Shown here piece by piece: positions 8,805 to 18,174 of a stretch of 39,114 nucleotides of DNA. Source of the DNA: Phycisphaeraceae bacterium (GTDB taxonomy: Bacteria > Planctomycetota > Phycisphaerae > Phycisphaerales > SM1A02). The position numbers and the translations under genes were made by a program. The stretch lies in NCBI GenBank assembly GCA_003562195.1, contig PWVT01000090.1, forward strand, positions 1 to 39,114, written 5' to 3'. The notes beneath the pieces are model-generated. The model worked only from the letters and a program-made list of their open reading frames with translations. It had not been told where the DNA came from and made no database searches. Position 1 is the stretch's first letter; each line of letters starts with the position of its first letter.

Positions 8805-11800
8805 TCATTCCGGTTCAGCCCAACGCATGGCCTGCTGGTCGTAACCACCATTGGGTTCTGCAGCATGCCAGGCAGTATAAAGCTGCGCCAACTCAGACGC
8901 GATACCGCTGGTGCGTGCATGCGTCGGACCGAACTCGTGTGTGTGAATGGAGTGGGTTTCAAGCATCGCGGCCTCGGCATCGGCATACCAATCCAACGCA
9001 AACAGCGTCCGGGCGTGATTGAGGAGATAATAACCAAGATGGCGTGTATTGCCGGCCTCGCGTGTCAGCTTTACCACCTCGTTGCCCAATTCAGTTGCTT
9101 CGTCGAACCGCTCCAATCGCTGGAGCAGCGTGACGTAGTTGTTCATGGCATTGAGCGTCTCCGGATGTGACTCGTTATAGGCGCGTTTGAACGCTTCGAT
9201 GGCAGCGATGTGATACGGCTCAGCATCGTGGTAGCGACTCTGATCGAACAGTACACGGCCGAGATTGCCGGTCGCTCTGGCCACGTTGGGATGGCTCTCA
9301 TCAAGCACGCGCAGCAGCCCCTCCAGTGCGTCGCGGAAGTACGCCTCAGCTTCGTCGTAACGCTCAAGCGAACGCATGAGAAAGCCCAAATTGTTCATTG
9401 AACTGAGCGCCAGCGTGTGATCGGGACCGAAGAGTTCTTGACGTCCGGCCAATGCGCGACGGTAATGTGCTTCGGCCTCGTCCATGCGACCCAACGCCCG
9501 AAGCACGCGACCCATGTTGTTGATGGTGGTGAGCGTGTCGGGGTGCATTGGGCCGAGCACCTGCTCAAACCCTTCCATGGCCTCGCGATACATCCGCTCA
9601 GCTTCTTCTAGACGCCCCTGCTCACGCAGTGCCCGGCCAACATTGTTGACGGCATACAGTGTCTGCGGGTGGTTGTCACCAAACTGCTCACGCAGCACAT
9701 TCTTCGCTTCGCGGAAATATGCCTCGGCATCGGGGAAACGGCCGAGTTCACGCAGTATGCGCGCCACATTGTTCAGTGATCGCAAAGTTTCCGGATCATG
9801 ATCACCCAGCGCAAGCCGACGGCCTTCCAACGCGCGGCGATAGTGCTGCTCAGCATCATCGGTGTGGCCCTGCAGGTGCAAAATCCGGCCGAGCGCATCG
9901 ACCGTCTCCAGCGTTTCGGGATGATCTTCACCGAACACCCGCTCGCGGGCCGCCAGCACGCCGCGGCTGTCCGTTTCCGCCTGCTCGAAATGCCCCTGCT
10001 CAGCGAGCACCAGTGTCAGTGAGCATCGTGATCGCAACGTTCGCGGATCATCCTCGCCGCCCAGAACCGTATATCGATTGATGGCCTCCTCGAGATACTT
10101 CTCTGCCTCGTCAAAACGGCCGAGATGCCGATACAGCGTGCCGGTTGCGTGGATCAGCTGTACCGTGTCCTCGTGGTCATCGCCAAGCTCATCGCGTCGC
10201 AGCGCCAGCGCGCGCAATCGAGGTGACAACGCCGTTTCATAGTCTCCGAGCGTCGTATAGGTTTCCGCAACCGATTCCAGCAGAGCGGCTTTGATGGTGG
10301 GTTGGTCGACAAACTCGCGATTAATGGCCTGGAGCGCATGGGCGAGTACGTTGCGATCAAGACTGCTTGCCGCGGCGGTGGTGAAGTTGGCCCCGCCGAT
10401 GAGCGCTTCGAGGTTCTGCAGCCGCAGTTCGATGGCTTCGTCACCCATACCTGCGCGCTGCCAGGATGCCACGCCTGCTGAGACGATATCCTCGCGCAGG
10501 CGCGTGCCCATGAGCTGCACGTCGATGTCGACCAGCATGGAGCGTTGGAAATCCGCGACAGTTCGCAGTTCCTCAGCACGCTGCGTGGCCTCGGCCTCAG
10601 CGGCAAGTGCGCGTTCAGCAGCGCGTTCGGCACGGCGTGATTGCTCGATTGCGCGCGTTTCGTTGGCCTGGGCCAAGCGTCGCTGTTCCGCCTCGCGAAC
10701 AGCGTAGCCCATCGACACAATCGTGCTGATGAGCAACACTGCGGCAATGGCCACCGCAGCAGCCATGGCGGCGCGATTGCGGCGGGCAAACTTGCCAAAC
10801 CGATACGCCGCTCCGGGCGGGCCGGCAAGAACCGGCTCGTTGTTCAAATGACGGCGGATGTCCGTCAGCAGCGCATCAGCAGTGACGTAGCGACGATCGC
10901 GATCCTTCTCGAGGCACTTCATGACGATCCACTCCAGATCGCCGCGTACGCGCTGCAACAACGCACGGTGGTCCAGTTGCCGGCACTTGGCTCGGGTTGC
11001 AGCATCGTGATGATCGCGCATTCGCGTGGTCGGCCGGGGCGGATCGACTTCGCGCACCATGCGCTGCAGTTGCACAAGGCCGGTGCTCTCGGATGTCTGG
11101 AAGGGCAGCAGGCCAGTGAGCAGTTCGTACAACACCACGCCGAGTGAATACACATCGCTGCGCGTGTCAATGTCTTGCTCATTGAGGTCGGCCTGTTCAG
11201 GGCTCATGTACTCCGGCGTGCCGATGAGTTGGCCCTGCTGAGTAAAGACGGTCTTCGGGTCGGCACTGGTGCTCAGCGCCTTGGCCACACCGAAGTCGAT
11301 GACCTTTGGTGCCGGCAAGCCGTTGACTTCACAGACGAGTATGTTGCCCGGCTTAAGATCGCGATGCACGATGCCCTTGCTGTGTGCGTGCTGCACGGCC
11401 TGACATACCTGGACAAACAGCGTCAGCCGCTCGGCAAGGCCGAGGCGATGCTGATCGCAATACCGGGTAATGGGCACGCCGGGGACATACTCCATCACGA
11501 AAAACGGTCGGCCTTGCTTGGTTTGCCCGGCATCAAACACTTTTGCCACCCCGGGGTGATCCATCATTGCGAGTGTCTGCCGCTCGGCTTCGAAGCGCAC
11601 AACGATGGACCGGCTGTCCATACCGGCTTTGAGCACTTTCAGCGCGACATCGCGCTGAACTGGTTGGTGTTGCTGGGCGAGATAGACCATGCCGTATCCG
11701 CCCTCGCCAAGAACCTTCTTGATTTCATACGCCCCGATCACATCACCGACATGGTGCTCCGGCTCAATCTCGCCGGTCGCCCAGATGTTTTCGGACTGGG

Positions 11801-11831
11801 CAAGATCATCATGCGGAACATCACTATCCAC
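8805..11831 (-). CDS. Ser/Thr protein kinase with one TM helix, a coiled-coil and a long TPR array
   Basis: Hanks kinase motifs are present: GEGGYGMVY, VALKVLK, HRDLKPGNIL, DFGVAK, GTPEYMSPEQ. A TM segment AAMAAAVAIAAVLLISTIVSMGYAV follows, then about ten repeats of the type LGxDHPxTLxSxNNLGxxLxxxGRxxEAExxYRxAL (TPR_10/12-like). Confidence 0.9.
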   Translation of the reverse strand: MDSDVPHDDLAQSENIWATGEIEPEHHVGDVIGAYEIKKVLGEGGYGMVYLAQQHQPVQRDVALKVLKAGMDSRSIVVRFEAERQTLAMMDHPGVAKVFDAGQTKQGRPFFVMEYVPGVPITRYCDQHRLGLAERLTLFVQVCQAVQHAHSKGIVHRDLKPGNILVCEVNGLPAPKVIDFGVAKALSTSADPKTVFTQQGQLIGTPEYMSPEQADLNEQDIDTRSDVYSLGVVLYELLTGLLPFQTSESTGLVQLQRMVREVDPPRPTTRMRDHHDAATRAKCRQLDHRALLQRVRGDLEWIVMKCLEKDRDRRYVTADALLTDIRRHLNNEPVLAGPPGAAYRFGKFARRNRAAMAAAVAIAAVLLISTIVSMGYAVREAEQRRLAQANETRAIEQSRRAERAAERALAAEAEATQRAEELRTVADFQRSMLVDIDVQLMGTRLREDIVSAGVASWQRAGMGDEAIELRLQNLEALIGGANFTTAAASSLDRNVLAHALQAINREFVDQPTIKAALLESVAETYTTLGDYETALSPRLRALALRRDELGDDHEDTVQLIHATGTLYRHLGRFDEAEKYLEEAINRYTVLGGEDDPRTLRSRCSLTLVLAEQGHFEQAETDSRGVLAARERVFGEDHPETLETVDALGRILHLQGHTDDAEQHYRRALEGRRLALGDHDPETLRSLNNVARILRELGRFPDAEAYFREAKNVLREQFGDNHPQTLYAVNNVGRALREQGRLEEAERMYREAMEGFEQVLGPMHPDTLTTINNMGRVLRALGRMDEAEAHYRRALAGRQELFGPDHTLALSSMNNLGFLMRSLERYDEAEAYFRDALEGLLRVLDESHPNVARATGNLGRVLFDQSRYHDAEPYHIAAIEAFKRAYNESHPETLNAMNNYVTLLQRLERFDEATELGNEVVKLTREAGNTRHLGYYLLNHARTLFALDWYADAEAAMLETHSIHTHEFGPTHARTSGIASELAQLYTAWHAAEPNGGYDQQAMRWAEPE

Positions 11832-12100
11832 GCGCGAGTTCTCCTCAATTCAATTGCCCTCCATGCGCTCGTCACAACACAATACCTTGCCTCACACAGT
11901 ATAAATGCGACTGCGGGCAAACGCGAGGATGAATTTAATCACATTGTACGCCAGGGCACGTGCGGTGTAGTGCTGAATTTCCCACCGATCACAGGACAGA
12001 AACTGGCTGACGGCTGAGACCGCACTACGTTCACCTTGACTGATTGCTCTCGTGACTGACGCGACGTACACGATGAGCCAATGCAAAGGGACCTCAAGCG

Positions 12101-12889
12101 ATGAAATCCGTAGCGAGCATCAAAGGGCATCCAATTCATCCAATGCTGATCGCCTTTCCCGTTGCGTTTCTCGTGAGTGCTTTCGGCTGCAACCTGATCG
12201 GCGCGCTGTTCGGTATGCCAGCATGGTGGACAACCGGAGCATGGCTCGCGCTGGCGGGGATCATCGCCGCGCTGGTCGCCGCTGTACCCGGCATCGTTGA
12301 CTACATCTACACCGTTCCGCCGAACAGTTCAGCAAAAACCCGCGCGACCTGGCACATGGTCGTGAACTTCGGTGCGGTGGGCTTGTTCATTGTTGCGTGG
12401 ATACTCCGAGGTAGCGCAAGTGCCGAACCAGGGGGGGCAGTCATTCTGTTGGAAGCAGGCGGTCTGGTCCTGCTGAGCTCTGGTGGTTGGATGGGCGGAA
12501 CGCTGGTGTATCGCAACATGATCGGCGTCAATCACCGCTACGCCGATACAGGCAAGTGGAGCGAAGCGCACTTCGAAAACAACGAGGATGTGCTCACCGT
12601 CGCTAGGACTGACGAACTGAAAGCCAACCAGATGAAGTTGTTGCACGTCGGCGACAAGCGCATCGTCTTGGCGCGCACCGAAAACGGTTTCGCTGCGTTT
12701 GACGATCACTGTTCACATCGCGGCGGATCACTAGCAGGCGGCGTGTTGATGTGCGGCAAAGTGCACTGCCTCTGGCACGGGTCACAGTTTGACGTGAACA
12801 CCGGCAAGCCATGCGCCGGCCCGGCTGAACGTGACATCGGCACGTACCACGTGGAAATCAGCGGCAATGAGATTCGCCTGACGTTATGA
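12101..12889 (+). CDS. membrane (DUF2231-like) domain fused to a Rieske [2Fe-2S] domain
   Basis: The N-terminal part has 4 hydrophobic helices (HPIHPMLIAFPVAFLV...). The C-terminal part has Rieske ligand boxes CSHRGG (12710..) and CLWHGSQF (12767..). Confidence 0.85.
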   Translation: MKSVASIKGHPIHPMLIAFPVAFLVSAFGCNLIGALFGMPAWWTTGAWLALAGIIAALVAAVPGIVDYIYTVPPNSSAKTRATWHMVVNFGAVGLFIVAWILRGSASAEPGGAVILLEAGGLVLLSSGGWMGGTLVYRNMIGVNHRYADTGKWSEAHFENNEDVLTVARTDELKANQMKLLHVGDKRIVLARTENGFAAFDDHCSHRGGSLAGGVLMCGKVHCLWHGSQFDVNTGKPCAGPAERDIGTYHVEISGNEIRLTL

Positions 12890-13186
12890 CCACAGCCAGT
12901 ACGTGACGAACCCCCAGCACACCACGTGCAGCAGAATGATGAACCAGAGCATGGCGATGTACGGTCTCTTGCGATTCTTATGCCGCAATAACCGTTGAGC
13001 GGCGAGCGTGCCCGGCCAACCGCCGAGCAGTTCAAGCGTGTGCAACGACCCTTCGGGTGTGCGCTCAGGTCGATGGCCACCAGCAATTGCGGCGCGTTTG
13101 TCGCGCCACATGGCAAGGTACGTGATGAAGCTCATCACGCCGTACCCGCTCAATACAACCAGCACCCATGTCGGCATGCGGAACAT
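12884..13186 (-). CDS. DUF1294 family small membrane protein
   Basis: DKRAAIAGGHRPERTPEGSLHTLELLGGWPGTLAAQRLLRHKNRK matches the DKxxAxxxxxRIPExxLxxLxxxGGxxGA..xxHKTxK pattern of DUF1294, flanked by two hydrophobic helices. Confidence 0.7.
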   Translation of the reverse strand: MFRMPTWVLVVLSGYGVMSFITYLAMWRDKRAAIAGGHRPERTPEGSLHTLELLGGWPGTLAAQRLLRHKNRKRPYIAMLWFIILLHVVCWGFVTYWLWS

Positions 13187-13231
13187 CCTACCGCATCACA
13201 CGAACCGGCATTCCACCGGAGCCGCACTGCG

Positions 13232-13840
13232 ATGCCGGCTCGGGTAGCATCGATCATGTCCCCCACAATTCGCCTTACGCTGCTGCCTCTGATCGTACTC
13301 TCGCTCATGCACACGGGGTGCGCCCAGTATCGTTATCACCTGACACAGCCGGAGGAAGTGGCTGGCTCCATCCCCGCTCGGGAATCGATTTCCGTGGAGT
13401 TCGACCCGCTGGTCTATCAGTTGCGTGAGGTGCAAGGCGCACTTGGAATCAGCATTAACAACCCGACAGAAGTTGCAATAACACTGCTTGGCGAACGCAG
13501 TTACATCGTCGATCCCACGCGCGAGACGCATCCGATACGCAGCGGAACCATTGCCCCAAACAGCCACATCACTCTGATGCTTCCACCACAACCACGCACG
13601 ACACGTGCTGGCCCGCGTGTTGGGTTTGGCGTGGGTGTGGGCACGGGGTATCGCGGCGCAGGTGTGGGCACGGGGTTCTACGGCGACCGCTGGGGCGGCC
13701 ACCACCGCCACTCGTACGTCATCGAAGGCGAGCCGCGCTGGCGATGGACCACCGGGCCGGTGCGCATGCGACTGGTCTATGACCGCAATGGCGAACACAT
13801 TGAACATAACTTCTCGTTCGACCGAGTACGCGTGCGTTAG
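13232..13840 (+). CDS. putative lipoprotein with Gly-rich segment
   Basis: ATGs at 13232/13256 precede IRLTLLPLIVLSLMHTGC (signal peptide plus lipobox-like T-G-C). A glycine-rich GFGVGVGTGYRGAGVGTGFYGDRWGG stretch is present. The track ORF start at 12995 would overlap the divergent DUF1294 gene. Confidence 0.5.
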   Translation: MPARVASIMSPTIRLTLLPLIVLSLMHTGCAQYRYHLTQPEEVAGSIPARESISVEFDPLVYQLREVQGALGISINNPTEVAITLLGERSYIVDPTRETHPIRSGTIAPNSHITLMLPPQPRTTRAGPRVGFGVGVGTGYRGAGVGTGFYGDRWGGHHRHSYVIEGEPRWRWTTGPVRMRLVYDRNGEHIEHNFSFDRVRVR

Positions 13841-15135
13841 CCCGCCCTGCCGACCCCGATCACGCCGACCAACAGATATGTGATGCTGAATAGCGCGAGA
13901 AACACAATTGAGCTGATGCTGAATACGCGCAAGGCCTTTCCTGGCTGAGCTGCAATGGGCATGTACGCGCTTGTGACCACGCGGAAATTGATATACGCCA
14001 ACACCGGAGCGGTCAGGAACGAGAGCGTGGTGGCGAGATCGACCAGATCGGTCAATTGCCCGCCGAGAAATGCAAGGATGATCAAGGCGATCAGCGCTTG
14101 AGTTGCCACCCAGCCGGCGTAGGTGCGGCCGGCCTGCTTACGCGTCGGCTCATCGCCGCGCATGGTCGCAGTCAGCCGCTGCATGACGCGCGGAAACGCA
14201 TCGAGCACGACCAGCGTGGTGCTGAACATGGTGGTAAACGCAGCAACAGCGATGATCGGCATGCTCCATGATCCAAGCGTACTGCCGTACAGTTCAATGA
14301 ACTGTCGGGCAAAGCCCGCACCGCCTGCGGCGAACGCATCCTCACGACCAAACATGACCAAAGCCCCCAGCGTGAGAAACAGAACCGCCACAGATGCCGC
14401 GAGAATGTAGCCGAAGTTGAAATCAAAGCGTGCCTGGCGCATGGTCGCGGTATGGCCGGTTTGCCGGGCACGCTCCTGCATCCAGATGGAATGCCAAATC
14501 GCCGAGTCGATGGGAATCGGCATCCAGCCCATGAACGCGAGGATGAACCCAAACGCACTGAGCGTCCACCATGATGGCGGCGAGGTCTCAACGACATACT
14601 CCGAAGGCGAAGCAACGGCGACAACGACGGCTGCAATCGTGGAAACCAACAGCACCGCCATCACCAGTTTCATCGTCGAATCTAACAGCGCATACCGCCC
14701 AAGAATCAGCAGCAGCACACACGCAAGCACGATGACGCCGCTCCAGACCAATGGCGTCAGCGCCACCGGTAGCACCGGGCCGAACAGTAATCCCGCGAGC
14801 GCAGCGGTGACGATCGTCAGCGCTGCCATGATGATGAACATCGTCCCCACGGTGACGATCAGGCACATCCACAGCGCCCACTGGCCGAGTCGGCGATACC
14901 CGTCGATGAGCGTCTCACCAGTGGCGGCCGCATAGCGCGGCCCGAACTCGAGAAACGGATATTTCGTCGCACACGCCAGGATGAGCAGGCCGAGCATACC
15001 AAAGCGAAAATCCGCACCCGCCCGGGTGGCCTGCACAAGGTGCGACACGCCGATCGCTGCCCCGGCGAGCAGAATCCCCGGCCCGATCGCCTTGAGCAAC
15101 CCCCGCCGCATCGCATCGCTTGGTGTGACCTGCAT
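13837..15135 (-). CDS. NRAMP-related (COG1914-like) polytopic membrane transporter
   Basis: About 11 hydrophobic helices. The N-terminal GPGILLAGAAIGVSHLVQATRAGADFRFGMLGLLIL ... EFGPRYAAATGETLIDGYRR resembles the NRAMP-family divalent metal transporter subgroup that lacks the DPGN motif. The ATG at 15135 is preferred over 15255. Confidence 0.6.
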   Translation of the reverse strand: MQVTPSDAMRRGLLKAIGPGILLAGAAIGVSHLVQATRAGADFRFGMLGLLILACATKYPFLEFGPRYAAATGETLIDGYRRLGQWALWMCLIVTVGTMFIIMAALTIVTAALAGLLFGPVLPVALTPLVWSGVIVLACVLLLILGRYALLDSTMKLVMAVLLVSTIAAVVVAVASPSEYVVETSPPSWWTLSAFGFILAFMGWMPIPIDSAIWHSIWMQERARQTGHTATMRQARFDFNFGYILAASVAVLFLTLGALVMFGREDAFAAGGAGFARQFIELYGSTLGSWSMPIIAVAAFTTMFSTTLVVLDAFPRVMQRLTATMRGDEPTRKQAGRTYAGWVATQALIALIILAFLGGQLTDLVDLATTLSFLTAPVLAYINFRVVTSAYMPIAAQPGKALRVFSISSIVFLALFSITYLLVGVIGVGRAG

Positions 15136-15481
15136 CGCGAGACATTCTGACGAGTCGAACCGATTTCGCAATATTCTTTCCAGTCCACGCCGAGCGTGTC
15201 TAACCCCGGACTCCATCGATACTTGCAGCAAATCGACCTGCTTATCAAGCTCCATGCTGCAGAAGAAACTGTGAAGCTGCGTAATTTTTCGTCACATGCA
15301 CCGCGCGACGCGCATCTCTGCACATGTGTGGGTGGTAACGTCCACGACCGGAGCAAATCCCGAGGCAGGAACTCCGAGACGAAGGCCCACGCTTGATGTC
15401 ACGACGCTGCCGCGTCGGCTGACAACGGTGTCAGTCTGCCGCAGCGCACGATCAACAGCATGGAATAAGGAACTCAAAAGG

Positions 15482-17935
15482 ATGGCACAACACACACATC
15501 GTCTGGCGGCACTCTCGTGCGGCGCGATGATGCTCGCCTCGGCGGGATCAATTGCGTTGACCGCAACGCCAACAGCCGCACAGGCATATGCCCCACAATC
15601 GATCGGCCCGGAGCAGGGCATCATTGAGCGTGCTCAGCCGATCATTCTCGATACACATCAACTCGTACAATCAGCCGGAGATCGTGAAGCATTTCCGACG
15701 CTCGAAGTGACAGTCTTTGATGATCGCGAGTTGACGGTCACCTGGCAGCGAACGCGCATCATCAACCCGCAACGATTTACTTTGCACGGCACCGTCGATG
15801 GTGTGGCCGGATCGGATGTCATCTTTGCCCACAACGAGGGTGCTGTGTTCGGGGTCATCAATGCGCCGAACATCGGGCACTTTCGCATTCGCCGCGATGG
15901 CGAGGTCGTCATGCTCGAGCAATTCAGTGACCGCGACGTTCCATGCGCGACGGATGATGAGCGATCACGCCTGATGTCGCGCGTGCACCGTATACGACCA
16001 GCAGGCCTGCCGCCGCAGCCGATCAATAGTGGCGATCCGCCGGAAATCAGCGTGCTCGTCGCGTACACCCCCGCTGCCAAGTTGTATGCAGGCGGCGAGG
16101 CGGACATGATCGCTGCGATTGACGCTGCCATTGCCGAAACACAGGCATCGTTTGACAACAGCGAGATTGACGCAACGGTCGTGCTCGCGCTGGCACACGA
16201 AACGGACTACATCGAAGGCCAAATGACTCAAGACCTCAATCGGATGCTCAATCCGGTCAATGGGTACATGGATGAACTGCACGAGCTGCGCGCCCAGCAC
16301 GAGGCGGATCTTGTCGCGCTCATTTCCATGTCAACCGGGTACTGTGGTCTTGCGAAGTGCGTGGCCATCCCATCGCTCGATTTCGCACCGAACGCGTTCA
16401 GCGTCACCCGCGCCACGTGCCTGGGCAACTTCACCTTCACGCATGAGCTTGGCCACAACATGGGCTGCCATCACGATCGGGACAACGCCTGCTGTCCCGG
16501 CTCCGGCTCGGGATGCGGGTCATACGATTTCTCCTATGGCCATCGCTTCACGGGCAACGATGATGTGCTCTATCGCACTGTGATGGCCTATTCACCAGGT
16601 CAGCGAATCCTGCACTTCTCGAACCCGGATGTAATGCACGAAGGTGTACCCACGGGCGTACCTGAAGGCGATCCTCGCTCAGCGGACAACGCCAAGACCA
16701 TTAATCTCAATGCAGACATTGTCTCGCAGTGGGGCCAGGTCCAGTACCTCTGCGGGGCGCCGATCAATACATTGCATGTGCCATCCAACTACAGCACCAT
16801 CCAGGCGGCCATTGATGCAGCGGATGATTGTGATCTCATCCTTGTTGCGCCAGGGACCTACAACGAATTGATTGACTTTCAGGGCAAGGCCATCACCGTC
16901 GAGTCCACTGGTGGGCCGGACGTGACCATCATCAGCGGCGATGGGCTCAGCGGCAGCGTCGTGACGTTCGCCAACAATGAGTGGGTCGATTCCCGACTGA
17001 TCGGTTTCACCGTGACCGAAGGAACTGGTACCAGCATACACGGCTCCACGGACACCTTCGGTGGTGGGCTGTTTGTCGTCGGCAGCGATCCTGTGATTGA
17101 GAACTGTGTCGTGACCGCAAACGATGCGACCTACGGTGGTGGCGTCGTGATCTCGAACGGTAAAGTGGTGTTCTTCGACACCATCATCAGCGACAACACG
17201 GCAGTCAGTGGCGGCGGCATTGCCAGCGGGGTCAATCTCGGCGGCGGAACTGCCATCTTCAACAACTGCAGTATTGCTGATAACACTGTCAGCGACAACG
17301 GCGGCGGGATCATTGCCGACCGTGGCACGATGATCCTGCGCGGCACATCCGTCGATAACAACTATGCCGGCCTGCGCGGCGGTGGGATGTACGGCTCGCT
17401 CGTCGGGGTGCTGATCGCCAAAGACGATTCCAGCTTTACCGGCAACTACGGCGATCTGGCTGGCGGTGGAATCTACGTTGCTGGCACGTACACGGTCTCT
17501 GCAGACGGTGCGCACTTCGGTTCAAACGCCAGCAATATGTCCGATGGCAGCGGCGGCGCGATTCACAACGAAGATGCCAATGTGGACATTCACGGTTGCA
17601 GTTTCGCGAACAACTCTGCGCGTAGCGGCGGCGCCTTGTTCAATGGCATTCATGCACAGACGACTGTCCGTGGCTCGTCGTTCTGTGGCAATGAATTGAA
17701 CGACATCACCGGCCCGTGGACCGACAACGGGGCCAACAGCTTCCAGGGCAACTGCCCACCGCCAGTCGGCAATCCGGATCTCAACGGAGACGGCGTTGTG
17801 GATGGGCTGGACCTGCTGATACTTCTGGCAGAGTTTGGCCCCTGCGCCGACCCGAACGACTGCCCCGCAGACCTTAACGGCGACGGTGAAGTTGACATCT
17901 TCGACCTGCTGATCCTGTTGGACAACTGGGGCTGA
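15482..17935 (+). CDS. secreted reprolysin-like (M12B-type) zinc metalloprotease with beta-helix repeats and C-terminal dockerin-like repeats
   Basis: The ATG at 15482 gives the signal peptide MAQHTHRLAALSCGAMMLASAGSIALTATPTAAQA. The zinc site HELGHNMGCHHD (16442..16477) fits HExxHxxGxxHD. Repeated xGGG[ILVM] / FxxN units (ATYGGGVVI, AVSGGGIASG, SDNGGGIIAD, LRGGGMYG, LAGGGIYV, ARSGGALFNG) indicate a parallel beta-helix. The C-terminus carries two DLNGDGxVD..DLLILLxxxG repeats. Confidence 0.8.
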   Translation: MAQHTHRLAALSCGAMMLASAGSIALTATPTAAQAYAPQSIGPEQGIIERAQPIILDTHQLVQSAGDREAFPTLEVTVFDDRELTVTWQRTRIINPQRFTLHGTVDGVAGSDVIFAHNEGAVFGVINAPNIGHFRIRRDGEVVMLEQFSDRDVPCATDDERSRLMSRVHRIRPAGLPPQPINSGDPPEISVLVAYTPAAKLYAGGEADMIAAIDAAIAETQASFDNSEIDATVVLALAHETDYIEGQMTQDLNRMLNPVNGYMDELHELRAQHEADLVALISMSTGYCGLAKCVAIPSLDFAPNAFSVTRATCLGNFTFTHELGHNMGCHHDRDNACCPGSGSGCGSYDFSYGHRFTGNDDVLYRTVMAYSPGQRILHFSNPDVMHEGVPTGVPEGDPRSADNAKTINLNADIVSQWGQVQYLCGAPINTLHVPSNYSTIQAAIDAADDCDLILVAPGTYNELIDFQGKAITVESTGGPDVTIISGDGLSGSVVTFANNEWVDSRLIGFTVTEGTGTSIHGSTDTFGGGLFVVGSDPVIENCVVTANDATYGGGVVISNGKVVFFDTIISDNTAVSGGGIASGVNLGGGTAIFNNCSIADNTVSDNGGGIIADRGTMILRGTSVDNNYAGLRGGGMYGSLVGVLIAKDDSSFTGNYGDLAGGGIYVAGTYTVSADGAHFGSNASNMSDGSGGAIHNEDANVDIHGCSFANNSARSGGALFNGIHAQTTVRGSSFCGNELNDITGPWTDNGANSFQGNCPPPVGNPDLNGDGVVDGLDLLILLAEFGPCADPNDCPADLNGDGEVDIFDLLILLDNWG

Positions 17936-17966
17936 TTCTCCCCCCCGGCCTGTCCACAGTCGATTC

Positions 17967-18000
17967 GCCCGATGGTCCTTTCGGATCATCGGGCTTTTTT
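17967..18000 (+). terminator. Rho-independent terminator after the metalloprotease gene
   Basis: GCCCGATGGTCC-TTTC-GGATCATCGGGC forms a 12-bp stem (one G-U pair) and is followed immediately by TTTTTT (17995..18000). Confidence 0.75.
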
Positions 18001-18044
18001 GTCATGAACAGATTGTGATGTAACACCCCCAAGGATACTGAAAA

Positions 18045-18117
18045 AGCGGGTGACCGGGATCGAACCGGCAACATTCAGCTTGGAAGGCTGACACTCTACC
18101 AATTGAGTTACACCCGC
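18045..18117 (-). tRNA. tRNA-Gly (anticodon UCC)
   Basis: I folded the reverse complement by hand: acceptor GCGGGTG/CACCCGC, D arm ACTC-AATTGGTA-GAGT, anticodon arm TCAGC-CTTCCAA-GCTGA (anticodon TCC), variable loop ATGTT, T arm GCCGG-TTCGATC-CCGGT, discriminator T. It is 73 nt with no encoded CCA. Confidence 0.9.
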
Positions 18118-18129
18118 GCTCTGGCGTGA

Positions 18130-18157
18130 AGTATATCGCCCCTGCGACTGATTGGAA
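18130..18157 (-). promoter_or_regulatory. candidate sigma-70-type promoter for tRNA-Gly
   Basis: On the minus strand: TTCCAA (18157..18152), a 16-nt spacer, then TATACT (18135..18130), about 12 nt before the tRNA 5' end. The -35 match is weak and the promoter consensus for this lineage is uncertain. Confidence 0.25.
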
Positions 18158-18174
18158 AACGACCGCTACTTCGG

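Noticed and set aside
15136-15481. Possible metal-sensing (yybP-ykoY-type Mn) riboswitch in the leader of the NRAMP-like transporter gene.
   Set aside because: I read the minus-strand leader and could not find the conserved four-helix core sequences. It contains only small generic hairpins.
16679-17515. A 278-aa ORF on the minus strand inside the metalloprotease gene. Similar long antisense or off-frame ORFs occur at 11175..12017 (+), 3314..4087 (+), 5358..6065 (+), 23647..24321 (-), 32495..33130 (-), 10154..10828 (-) and 37654..38196 (-).
   Set aside because: All lie within or opposite genes that have clear family motifs. Their translations are Arg/Ala/Cys/His-rich with no motifs. This is the typical pattern of shadow ORFs in GC-rich DNA.
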